NCBI GenBank assembly: GCA_030141605.1
Contig: JAQGDQ010000035.1
Location: forward strand, 496,001 to 560,000
DNA: 64,000 nucleotides
Direction of reading: 5' to 3'
Origin: Tubiluchus corallicola
Lineage: Eukaryota > Animalia > Priapulida
The notes under the pieces are model-generated. The model was not told where the DNA came from. It saw nothing but the letters and a program-made list of their open reading frames with translations, and searched no databases. Below, in pieces: positions 21,401 to 32,696 of this stretch. Each line of letters opens with the position of its first letter. Positions within the stretch are counted from its first letter, which is position 1. The translations under genes and the position numbers were made by a program.

Positions 21401-24400
21401 AATTAGGTCAGAATTTTAAAATCTGCTCTTTAAATGTTACCAGAGCCGCAACCACTGCTTCATTTCCGTCGGCTACAGCAAGATGGAGGGCAGTCCGTCC
21501 TTCATAGTCTTGCCAGTTTATCACAGTGGGTGCCATTGCCTAGGCAATGCAAAATCAAATTAATGGAATAAAATAGATTTTGAAACACAATAATAGAACA
21601 CCATAAAAAGAAAGTTGAATTTATTATAGAATGCAGGTAACAAATCTAATACTTGTGTGTGCAAGACTGACAGAAGATCAATAGACTTAGATGTAAGATT
21701 CACTGAACATTATAAAGAAACTGAAGTATTCATTTACCAGAAGCAATTTACAGCAATACACGGCATCAGTTTCTTTACAACTAGCAGCCCAATGAAGAGG
21801 TGTCTTGCCATCAATGTCTGGTATGCCAATATTTGAACCTTGTCTTAAGAGCAAGTTTATATGCTCTGGGTTACCGGCAGCTGCACTCCAATGCAAAGCT
21901 GTCCTCTATAAAAATCAGATAAACACGTTAAAGAAATATGGTGTTATGCTTCTAAAATGACTCTTGAACTTCAAATCTTTTTAGAAAAATTCAGGTTTCG
22001 GCAAGAAGGAATAAGGAATATGCTAATGCCATGAAAAAGTTAAAGTAGTATCAGTGAAATGCAACAGTATACTTACAATATACTTCGTATTTGAAATATT
22101 GCATCTGCAATAAGAATGGAGATTTGAAATTTGACAAATGCTTTTAAATAATTGAGACAACAGTTGAAGTTGAAGTTTACAACCATACATAAGTCTTGAT
22201 GATTAGGAAAATCAGTGGCAAATGTTACTAATTAAAAAAAAGCCATGTGCAGTCCTTTCAGCTATGTACAAAATACTGACATGGGTATTTCTAAAAATCT
22301 TCACTGGCTGTCTTAAAACTTCCTGGTTGCAACTTCAAACTTCTACTGAAACCTTTTACCTTGTTATTATCCTGATCATCAACTTCACCTGCAGATAATT
22401 GTTTTAATACGAGCACAAGACATCGTGGAGCTCTATGACGAGTAGCAAGATGAAGTACCGTCTGTCCCTCATGATCTTTGTCTGACCAATCAGCACCTTT
22501 TCCCAAGAGCAATTTCATGCACTTATAGTTACCCTGCACAGTCAGATAAAATTGCAGAAATACTAACATGCTGAACAACCTGAACTGAATAATAATAGTA
22601 TGTTTAAAATAAATGCCGAGTTTGCAATTTCATTTCCAAGCGAAAATGGCAGTCGAGAAATCCTTATCTTCCTTTGTCATTTTTAACAAAAATTTTGCTA
22701 AAATGATGCAAATTAAAAGCAGAATGCTGCTTTTCTATGAGTTTACAATTCTCCACACAATTTAAATACCCCAACCCCAACCCTAACCCATCCCGCCCTA
22801 ACCCTTATGTCAGCTCTAACCTTAATTCTAATCCTAATCCTTATCTTAATCCACTTAACGAATTAATTTCTTGTGTGTGGGGAATTGTAAACTTTAGCCT
22901 TTCTAGATATATATCAAAATTTTTAATTTAAAAAGTAAAGACTGTACAGATGAAAACAAAATATTTCCACAGATTGTCCAAACAATAAATCTGTTTTCAT
23001 AATGTCCAATACATGGAAAACTACTTATTTACTCATTTTCAATTCTACAATAATATATTGAATTTTCAGTTATATAATTTGCACAACAAAGACTACACAG
23101 ATTTTATAAGTATATAAAAATCGAATTTTTTGACATTTTACGTCCTAAAAATTGATAAAACTCTTCAATGATATCATATCTATAGACTTTTAGGCAAAAA
23201 TTGAAAATGAAGATTTAATTACAGATGCCATTCTCATAACCTTTGTCTAACAAAGTGTTACTTTTATGATGCTGTGCTGCGAAAGCTTAATGCAATTTTA
23301 GTTGTACTTATCGAAGCTCTTCAAAAAAACGTCTCAATTGTTCTGTAAACACTTATAACAAAATTGATAATATAAGTAGAATTGTGAAACATGTTGCAGT
23401 ACGACACAAACATTATATAGCAGCATATTAATTTATTGAATAATCTTTGTGAAAGAGGACACAAAAGTATTAGTTTTTGTGTAAAAGCGTGTTAGTAAGT
23501 CTACTAAGTTAATAAGTAAGTAGTTAGTAAGTTACACCTTATGAGAAGCCCAGTGAAGGGCAGTCCGACCTCCCATGTCTTTCCTTCTAATGTTTGCACC
23601 CGATTTAATAAGCAGCTCAGCGCAGTCAACTCGATCAACAAGTACTGCAAACATAAGAGCAGTACGTCCAAATTGGTCTCCAACATCAATGAGTGAATGA
23701 TGAGCTGAAAAATAACAATCAATACTAACATTAACAAGCTGTTATACACCACATTAATCATTAGAATACCTGACACAAACCATCAACATATTTAGATTAT
23801 AATGTAATCTCCTGCTTTTCATAGGCTTACCCTGGACATTCATAGATTTAAACTGGATAAGGTACTCCACTGCATGTTGAGTGCAGGTAGGGTGTGGTGC
23901 CCATCTTGAAGAGCTTGGGGATATTTCTGCCTCTTTGTTTTATTTGCACTGGATGAAGTTTTTATGCTAGCACAACATGTGTTACAGCCTCTAATGAAGA
24001 AGAAGGTAGACGTATAACAAGGTAGAAAGTAATTATTTGCTGACATATCTAATTTTTGCTCAGGCTGCTTACTTGCAGAATTCTCTACCAGGAAATTGTT
24101 TTCTAGTAAAGTAGTTATACAGTTCATTTCTTTATCCCTGTATTCATGTTTTCACTTTGTTACTGTAGTGCCTTTACCTTGAGTGACCACTGGTCATGTT
24201 TGGGATGGTCAGTATAAAAACATTCTTAGAGAAAGCATGTAGCACAATAGAACAATAGACTTAATTTTCCATCTCACTATGTTGTACAATTTGTTGGTTC
24301 ATACAAACATTAACAATTTTACACAGTTAAATGAAAGTTAAATACACAAAAACTATAATCTAAACAACAACAGTCATAGTTAAACAATAAACACTAAAAT

Positions 24401-27104
24401 GTTAAACAAGTAAATTTTAAGTTTTATTATTTTATAAACATGGTATAATGAGACAAGCTATTAATTTCAGTCTGCAAAACGTCTGATCAGTTAGATCAGT
24501 CTGCAAAAAGGCTCCCACAATAAAAGCTCCAACGTCATGACTTTCATCAATTTTATGCGTAAATATTATTAAAACTTTTTTCAAGCGTCACATTGAAATA
24601 AAACAAGAAAAATAAGATGTTCTAAAGAAATGCCAAAAAGGAAAAGCCTAGAAATTGTCAACTGCTCGCTTACATGCAAGTAGCTTCTGTAGTAAAGACT
24701 TGTCTCCATTCACAGTTGCTGCATGAATCTGTTTCACTTGAAATTCATTAACAGGTTTAGAGATGACAGACAATGTGTCCTAAAATATAAAGAAAGTTAT
24801 TTAAACATAAAACAATAATGTAATTTGTATGTCAGCTACAAGAACATTTGCTGAATTGCTGCTTGACTGCCACACGAAATTATTACTTAATTACATATAA
24901 TGTCAAAAAAACACCTGAAACGTACAGTAAGTTTCTCACCCGTTGCAGATATCTATCAAACTCAAGCGTGCTGTAGTTGTACACTATTCTAGGAGCAGTT
25001 ATATCAATGAAATTTTTAGCTAACATGCTTGTGCTTATTAAAAACATAATTACAACCAAAACAGATGAAAGACGTTTAAATAAATGCAACCATTGGTCAT
25101 GAATATCACCTAGTAGTAGGTCACAAATGAACTCTGTCTGTAGGCCAGGAATGACATTACCCTAACATTGTAAGAGCTAATTTAGAGCTTGATTAATGCA
25201 TAGACCAATTAGGCCATGGTCTAGAGCCCTTCTCTTTAGAGGAGTCCTCTACACTCGTAGACCTAACTGGCCTACAACTTATACCTATGCAATTAACGTA
25301 CCCTACTTTGTCAATAAGTCAGTGAAAAAAACTACAAAAATGAAGTAAGTTGTTTTTGAATAATGTGGGAGCAATTTGAAAAAATATAGGAGATGTGGCA
25401 GGAACTTTTAGCTTATAAACATTATCCCTATTTTTTAGTTTCAATCTAGTAGACATTAAATTACTGAAATTTATGTAACTGCTGCTAACGAGTTAATTCT
25501 ATCATTGATGACCTTAAAGTTAATATTATAATACTTATAATTTAGGCGTACAGTACACTATCTTCCCAAAAGAAGTTCAGTATTTTTGAACAGTACTGTA
25601 TTGGTTTTTTTATTACGTTTTATTTAACATTGCTATTACTGTTACTGTTAACATGATCACTAACCTCAATTTTGCTTTGTCTTTTGCAACCATAACAATG
25701 AAAAGCAAACAAATATTTTTTACTTTTTTTGATTTTAAAAAGTAATTTCTGAGTATGACACCTGTCATAAATGTTGAAAATATTGTGCACTTATGTTAAC
25801 CAAAAGCCAGGATTAACCAATAAGATCTTTTTATCGTGTGACTTACAATCTTTGGAATACAATACAAAATAATACAAAAATTTTTATACAGACATTGCAG
25901 TTTGAACAAATTGCAATACATACTGTCTAAGCCCACCACAGGTTACTAACCTTTACACACATCTACATTCTTGTGCACATATGTTTATAGTTAGTGATAG
26001 CTTAACTTTATATACGTATTTAGAAAAATATTAACCACAATATCCCACCTGTGAGAAAAGACTCGAAGTACAAACAGAATTTGGGAGTGAACTAAGACTC
26101 AAGCCATCATCATCCTAAATGATAAGAAAATAGGACCATCATAATAGCACTTGATTTCACAACATGTACAGCACTCAAAAAGAAAATAGTGGCATGCACA
26201 TGCAAAAATCAAATTATTTAGCATAGACTTCTCATCACTCCGATTATCACATAGTATACCCTGCACACTAATGTGACAGTAGGTCCTAATTAATGTTTAG
26301 GCTCGTGCATAATTATGCTAGTAATTACATACAATAATGTTATTAATAACACAGCACATTATTTGGCAGTGTGCTTTACTGTGAAATGATGCCACAAATT
26401 TTTAACAATCTTTAACATGTGTAACTTGCTTGGAATAGTGTGTCACAAAAGTATCATTTTGCAAACAAGGTTTTGAAGCTCAATTCGCAAAAAAATTAGC
26501 TCACACTTTTTCCATTACAGCTTTTTTCAAGTGGCATAGTGTAGAGAATTTCACAGACATGTCGACTAAAAAAACTGAGACATCTACAACAATCTGCGCT
26601 TTTTTGGAACAAAATTCTCTTAATAACAGCTCAATTCTTTTTCATGAACTATATTCTAGAAAAAGGTATTACTGAATTCTTAAAGGAAGCAGTTATTAAG
26701 TTACACGTCCCTTGCACAGATTTCAGCAATAAAACAAACTAAATATCTGTATAAGTAACACAAATGCAAAATAAATAAATTTACTTCACATTAACAAATT
26801 ATATCAATTAACATATTCATTGAGTGATGATTGTTTTGGCATTTTGAAGCCATTACCAAACTATATATCAAGCCAAAAAGAAGAATAAATAATACAATAA
26901 CGTTACAAAAACACAAAACAACCGATTAGAATATAACTTATCAAAACAAACTAGGTTGTAACTGAACATATTGCTTCGGAAATTTGGAAGGAATTGAAAC
27001 TGACGGCCGAAACGATCGTTGTTCAATAAACATGGTGATTGCTAAAAGCTGGCTCTTTTGAATATATCAATTAATTTCGTAATACTGACCTCCAAATCCA
27101 TCAT
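12437..27104 (-). CDS. INVS: Inversin (nephrocystin-2): ankyrin-repeat array + IQ motif + low-complexity basic C-terminus
   Basis: Phase-consistent exons (- strand): 27104-27090 (MMDLE, tentative), 26114-26049 (tentative), 24779-24674 (QIHAATVNGDK), 23704-23538 (DQFGRTALMF), 22533-22360, 21905-21738 (SNIGIPDIDGKTPLHWA), 21539-21441 (NWQDYEGRTALH), 20920-20842 (DNMFRTPLHWAA), 20040-19934, 19319-19154 (DLEGRTALMWAAGKG), 18770-18563 (KHTPVFRACEVGH), 17327-17150 (PLQCAAYGG), 16027-15921, 15666-15457 (IQDIAAAKIQALFRGYRVRK...LLMKHEKLRKDAA), 14712-14254, 12897-12785, then last exon 12648-12437 (or 12250-12165). Motifs follow the human inversin ankyrin/IQ1 region as recalled. The first two and last two exons are less certain. 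Confidence 0.93.
13622..14116. mobile_element. Young Tc1/mariner-pogo (Tigger-like) MITE in an inversin intron
   Basis: TIRs cagtggccgccgcttatt / aataagcggcggccactg with TA target duplication on both sides (13620-21, 14117-18). Internal repeats (c)gcttaatatggaca / ggttattgtggaca. GC-rich relative to flanks. Confidence 0.9.
16441..16810. mobile_element. hAT-type MITE rich in AATCGATT motifs
   Basis: Termini tagtg...cacta with a degenerate 8-bp target duplication caacgatg/caacgagc. aatcga(t/c) motifs cluster at both ends. Confidence 0.6.
17517..17884 (+). mobile_element. Non-autonomous Helitron-like element
   Basis: 5' end a|TCTACTATATATTAA is typical of Helitrons. GC-richer body. Degenerate GC-rich 3' end near ctaaat at ~17880. 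No TIRs. Confidence 0.45.
22739..22899. mobile_element. Short interspersed element with inverted ends and telomere-like (CCCTAA)n core, copy 1
   Basis: gagtttacaattctccacac...gtgtggggaattgtaaactttagcc enclosing ccctaa/cctaat repeats. Reverse-complement homologue at 58430-58598. Confidence 0.8.
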
Positions 27105-27569
27105 GAGAACATTTATAGTATTTCCTTTGCAGCATTAAACAGAAATGTTCATTATTACATCTCAAGCACAGAAGACATAACTAGTTAATGTATATAATTT
27201 TGAAAACAAAAACAACATATATGACTTTGTATGTAAGAAAGTGCTAAAGTATGTAGAAAATCTGAAGATGTATCACTGTGTTGCTGCCAGCAAACATGAT
27301 TTGCAGATGTTACCCATTGATGAAAGGGTTGGTTCAAGTAGTTTAAGCCTTGCAGCCAGCAGCTACAAGCATGTGTGCATGTGTATACTGCTGCATGGTA
27401 GTGTGATCATACATGTGTAAAAGGATTTCAGTATTATGGATATTGATGACATGAGTGATAAAGAATTCCTTTCAATATGTAAGAAACTACACAGAAGTTC
27501 AAGATCAGAAAAAGTTGTTGTGTTGATCTTCTATTACTGTTTGTGAAACCATTATTAGTCCTATTAAAG

Positions 27570-28220
27570 GTAATTCTATCATGATTGGTGTGTTTTATGA
27601 TCTTTCTAAAGTCTTTGTTACAGTTAATTATTATATATTATTGCATAAATTATACATTTATGACATTAGAGGGGCTGCAAATAAATGGCTAAGTAGTTAT
27701 GTAGTTATTTGCTTTGTCGTACTTAGTGTGTCAGTCTGTGAGATGCAAGAATTATATTTCTGATGAATTACCTATTAATTGTGAAGTTCCACAAGGGTCT
27801 ACATTAGTGTCACTTTTGTTTTTAATTTATATCAATGACATAATAAACATTTTAGATCACCTAATATAGTCAAACTTTACTTTGCAGGTGGCACCACTCC
27901 ATTTTCTTGATTTCATAAATTTCAATCTAATTAGCAGAAATAACAGTTTAGAATTTAGATGACATTTCCAACTGGTTTAAAGCTAATAAAATATCTTTAA
28001 ATGCGTCCATAACTAAACATAATTTGTTTAGCTCCAAAAATAAATAAATACCCCCTATACTAACTTGTATATTGATGGCATTCTTAAAACACGTTCAGTA
28101 TACTAAATTTCTTGGAATAACTCTTCATGAAGATATTGATGAAAATTTCACATTAAAATGATTAGTCTAAAGAATGCTAAAATATAGGAATAATCTCTCA
28201 CATAATCACTGTTTATTTGC
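27570..28220 (+). mobile_element. Decayed CR1/L2-clade LINE reverse-transcriptase fragment
   Basis: Frameshifted RT motifs: IGVFYDLSKVFVTVNYYILLHKL..YDIRG...WLSSY; CEVPQGSTLVSLLFLIYINDI; YFAGGT (degenerate FADDT); WFKANKISLN; TKFLGI. Confidence 0.85.
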
Positions 28221-28589
28221 TTCTCATTTTTCACTTAACTATTCTTCAATATTCCTAGATTTAAATCTCAATCTAATCTAAATTGTCTGTGGTCAATGGG
28301 GTATTATTTATATGACCAATACAAATATTTTACAATATTGAAATCTTTCTATATATAAAACTAATAATAAATTGCTTCAGGAGTTTTTAATTATCCTCTA
28401 AATTGAATATGAAGAAGTATAATACTCATTACAATCATTATTTAGGTTGTGCTCCTACTTAATGTTACTAACGCTATTTAAATATGGTTGGCCTCTAATT
28501 TGGATTATCCAATTGACAACATTTGTCCCATTGGTTGCTACACCCCTTTAATATTATTAAAATTCTAATGTAAATCCAATCTTTATATC

Positions 28590-28920
28590 TTTTCATTCCC
28601 AATTATTTCATCATCTTTCTCTAGACATCCTCACACACATTACTTTTCAGACTTTCCTTCTTTTTACCTTGCACCTCCTGCACTCCAGTTATTCCATAAT
28701 GCATGTTTGGCTCAGATCTTAGAAGTTTACATTTTGGTCTGAGCCAGTAATCATTTGTGCTACTATATTGTATATGATTATAATAATTAGGCCATATCTT
28801 ATTTAACATTATTACTGATGTCACCTTTATATTGTGTATTTTTGAATAATGTACTATTGGTTTTTGGAATAAATAAACTTCAAATTTAAGGATGGATGTG
28901 AGACAGTTTTTCACTTTCCA
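28590..28920 (-). mobile_element. Possible highly decayed RTE-like LINE 3' fragment
   Basis: Degenerate VQGKKK...EDV segment resembles the RTE C-terminal G.R..GRP...W...V..D motif. Weak. Confidence 0.25.
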
Positions 28921-29488
28921 GGCTTGGTTCTAGGATGTGTTGCTCAATCGAGCAGTGACAAATGACTCTGAATAATTTTAAAAATAAGTAGGACAGTCAA
29001 TTAAGAAAAACAGAAGTTAACAAACAGCTTTCTCGCTACTCTAAAGTTCTTCACACATTTACAGCCATGCTGTATAGGAAACTGGAGAAACATGCAAATA
29101 CATAATGAAAATGATAACAATTTTTACATTTTTCATGTGAAGTATTTTAATAATATATACATACCCTCTTAAACAGATGTAACCTGCTGCCACGACGCTT
29201 ATTCCCTCTTAAACAACAGCAGGTCAGGCAAGATGATACAGCCAACATTATCACAGCATTCTACAAAAACAAAGCTGGCAAATAATATTAATAAGATGTG
29301 AAAACAGTGACTTAACAGCTTTAACACTATGTGTATGTTGAATTTAGACTGCTATGAAGAAAAAGTAAAGGAATGTGATTTACTAATATAATTAATCGCT
29401 AGGCATAATTATACTGATGTCGTTACTGCAGTACACAACTGATTTGGTTTCATTCAATCAATTTAATAAATGACTATAAATGACTTAC

Positions 29489-29700
29489 CTCAATTGATTT
29501 TACCTTCTGGCAAAATTATTATTGATTACATCTGATACAGTTTGAAAATTCTGCTACGGTCATCCTGAAACAGTGTTCGCACTTTTTTAAGATTACACTA
29601 AGCACAGGTTTTTCGACTTCTGCAAGTTCAGCTGCGTTCTGATGTAGGCTTATGCACCTTAACCTCATGATATGCAACGATGAAGTTTCGATCTATTCGT
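29489..29700 (-). other. Candidate non-coding first (5'UTR) exon of inversin containing a 49-codon uORF
   Basis: Consensus donor GAG|GTAAGT at 29489/29488. CpG-richer sequence. ATG at ~29668 opens MRLRCISL...CIRCNQ* that stops before the donor. Confidence 0.35.
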
Positions 29701-29899
29701 AAAGAATGATGATTTACTTATTAGTTTAATTATAAGTAAATCAAAAAAATTATAAGGTATACACAAGCGCAGCAAAACATTTTATCACCAAGGCCCAAGG
29801 ATCCCAATATGGCAAATCTTCGGTTACCATATTTTCGTAACCTAAACAAAGAATTTAAACCACAGACTTATGTATCCTGTTTACAAATGATAAGCTCCA

Positions 29900-30277
29900 A
29901 CATTCGAATCTTATTCGACTCGAACGAGTCGTTTTATTTCGAATTCGATTCAAACCTAAATTTATGGGTTCGAATAATTCACCACTTCAACTAGATACGT
30001 CCTTTATGATTAAAACGTTCGAAACATCGTGCAATCAGCACAATTTAGAGCAATTTTTGTATGCAATTTTTAAATAACTTATTAGTGTTTTTGCTGCAGG
30101 ACAAAATCAACCGACACGCATAATTTTTCCGAGACTGCTTTATATTTGTGATTTGATTTGAAAATCTTTGAAACCAAATTCAATTAGGATTAGAATCCTC
30201 GAAATTTTGTTTCATTCGAGTACCAAAGTCAAAAATTGGACTCAAATCATCTTTCTAATAGAGAATGCTCACCCCTA
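29900..30277. mobile_element. TTCGAA-rich hAT-like MITE, third copy of the 1598-2165 family
   Basis: Shares the gcaatcagcacaattt...ttattagtgttttt..tgcag..aaaatcaa core. Ends gaatgctcacccta, whose reverse complement gtgagcattc is at ~1900. Confidence 0.55.
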
Positions 30278-32696
30278 GCAATTTCCACTAACATAATTAT
30301 AGCTGGATTAATTTTTCTATTTTGTGGTTAACAGTAACACTGAATCTTGTAAGTTACTGATAAAAATCATATGCAGATCAGCTAATTTCAAATAAAATGA
30401 TAAACCAAATTAACTAATAAAAAACTTGCTAAAAGAAAAAGTGAAATGGCAGCTAAAACGAGCCTAAAATTAAGGTTTGACTGATAAACATCATATGGCA
30501 TATAGGTTCAGTATTGCAACAGAGATCACTGGTTTCCATTTGCAATAATTGCTTTAAAACACTAGGAACAAATAGTTTTAAGCTGTACAATGGCAAAGAA
30601 ATTTGCCATTCGGTTCAAAATTTAATATCGGACTAAACTTTGTTTACATAATAGTGACAGACTTAAGAATCTTCTGGACACAATGGAGAATAACGAGGAC
30701 AAAAATTATTGTAAGTCATGACGCTGTTCGTTTTAAAATACTGACATGGTTCAGAATACCATGAAAAATTAGACTAACCACACATAATTCTGCTAAGCAG
30801 GCACGTTGTAGATTGGCTAACTTGTTAATTAGGACAACTGCAAAAACTGCTGTTTGCTCCCGAGCCTTGATTAGTACCTAAATTTGCAAACTTCTTGCAG
30901 ATATTTCCAGAGTTCTTTGAATTTGGCATCTAGTTAAGCATCCCAGAGAAAAATAAAAACACTTTTGAAACAGATGGTTCCTATAATATATGATCGTTAC
31001 TGAATTAAATAGCATACCGAACAAGGCAGCATTCCAGTTTGGTGATTTTTTGCATAAACATAGGTTACTGTTCACTACATAGGATATTTACACTTGGTCG
31101 ATTATCCATGATTTCCTGGTGAATTGATCTATTACTATTTGTCATGTTATAATGACTTCACAGTTGCAATAATTTTTTTCACAGTTGCAATGCCTAAAAC
31201 ATCACCATAACTGAGCACAGGAAGAAAAACAGCTATTAGACATTAGAATCAAACTCTTACTATATTTATGTTAATATAAATACATTTTGATATCCTGCTA
31301 AAAACAACAATTATTAACCAAAATAAATTCAGACTGTATAACTGAAGACGACTGTGCTAGTAATGTTAGCAATGTGGTAAGAAAATTTTTAGCCATTTCT
31401 ACCTGCCTAAAGAGTGACAAGAATCGGTTGCAGGTTTTTTAATAACTTCTACAGAGCACAGAGCACATTAGATATCAAAATAGCGATCATCAAAAATTGC
31501 AATACTAAACAGAATGCTGATATATGTACCTCTTATCCACAACGAAATTTTTACAAACAGCTTTAAATGCTCCACTCACATTCAACACTTTTCTAAGGAA
31601 GCAATACTTAAAACATTACCAATGTAAGAAATTAAAATCAGGATGTCCAGTACTAAGCTGAGGAAAAACTAATTATCTCAAGAATGTAGAAGTTGCTAAT
31701 ATATTTTTCTTTTTAATAACTATTTATCATAATAGTAAGTTCAACAATTTAATGTAGACCAAAACTTAATAACAAGTTAAAATGTAACTTCTTTTTAGTA
31801 TAAATTAACTGTACCACACAATTTTTAACAAAAAACAATCATCACAGAATAAAATAGCTGAATTTAATGTAAACATAATTCTAATCGTTGCAAGTTTTTC
31901 CACAACAGCTAAAAGCTACAGCAGCAAATGTCACCGAAAGTTGTACTTTTGGTGATAAAACCTAATGTAAATATACAGTCGTATTAGCTTAAAATTATAT
32001 GAGTAAAAGCAATATAAATTTCATTTAAATCATGTTCAACATTATTATACTCAACACTCCTGTTATTTTCAAAATAGTGATTAGAAGTCGTTTTGTTTTG
32101 CCCATTTACCCTTCAATGTATTAAAAAAGAACCATATTATAATGACGGTAAATTAAAATATTTATAACAAGGTAATAAAGGTAAAGATAGCGATCTCTAG
32201 TTTGAGAACATAGTTATAAATTTTTTCGTACTAATTGTTCGGCGCTATCAATACTATTTTACAAACAATCAGCTATTTGCATGTATAACATAAAAAAATT
32301 AATGGCAGCTAACATATTTATGATTATAGTTTTTGCAAAAAGTATTTATAGCAAAAATGAAGGCAGATTAATATTATTAACATTGTTTCTACCAATCTAG
32401 TGTTAACTATCCTATCAGCTTACTCTATCTAAAACCCTCATTTAGTAACAATATCAAATCCACTGTTCAGTTTTATATAAAAATAGTTACATTATTGGAA
32501 AACAACGTGATACTGCTATGTTGATTGAAAGAACTAGATTCCCTTACTCTATTATTGCTGTTTACCACAACTGAAAGGTTTTGGGGATTTTTGTAATCAA
32601 GAACATGTGTACAGAAACATGTTACACACTACTTACTAAGTTATTTTTAACACTGTGTGAAAAAAATCTTTGTAGAAAAACCTTAAACTAATTGAT

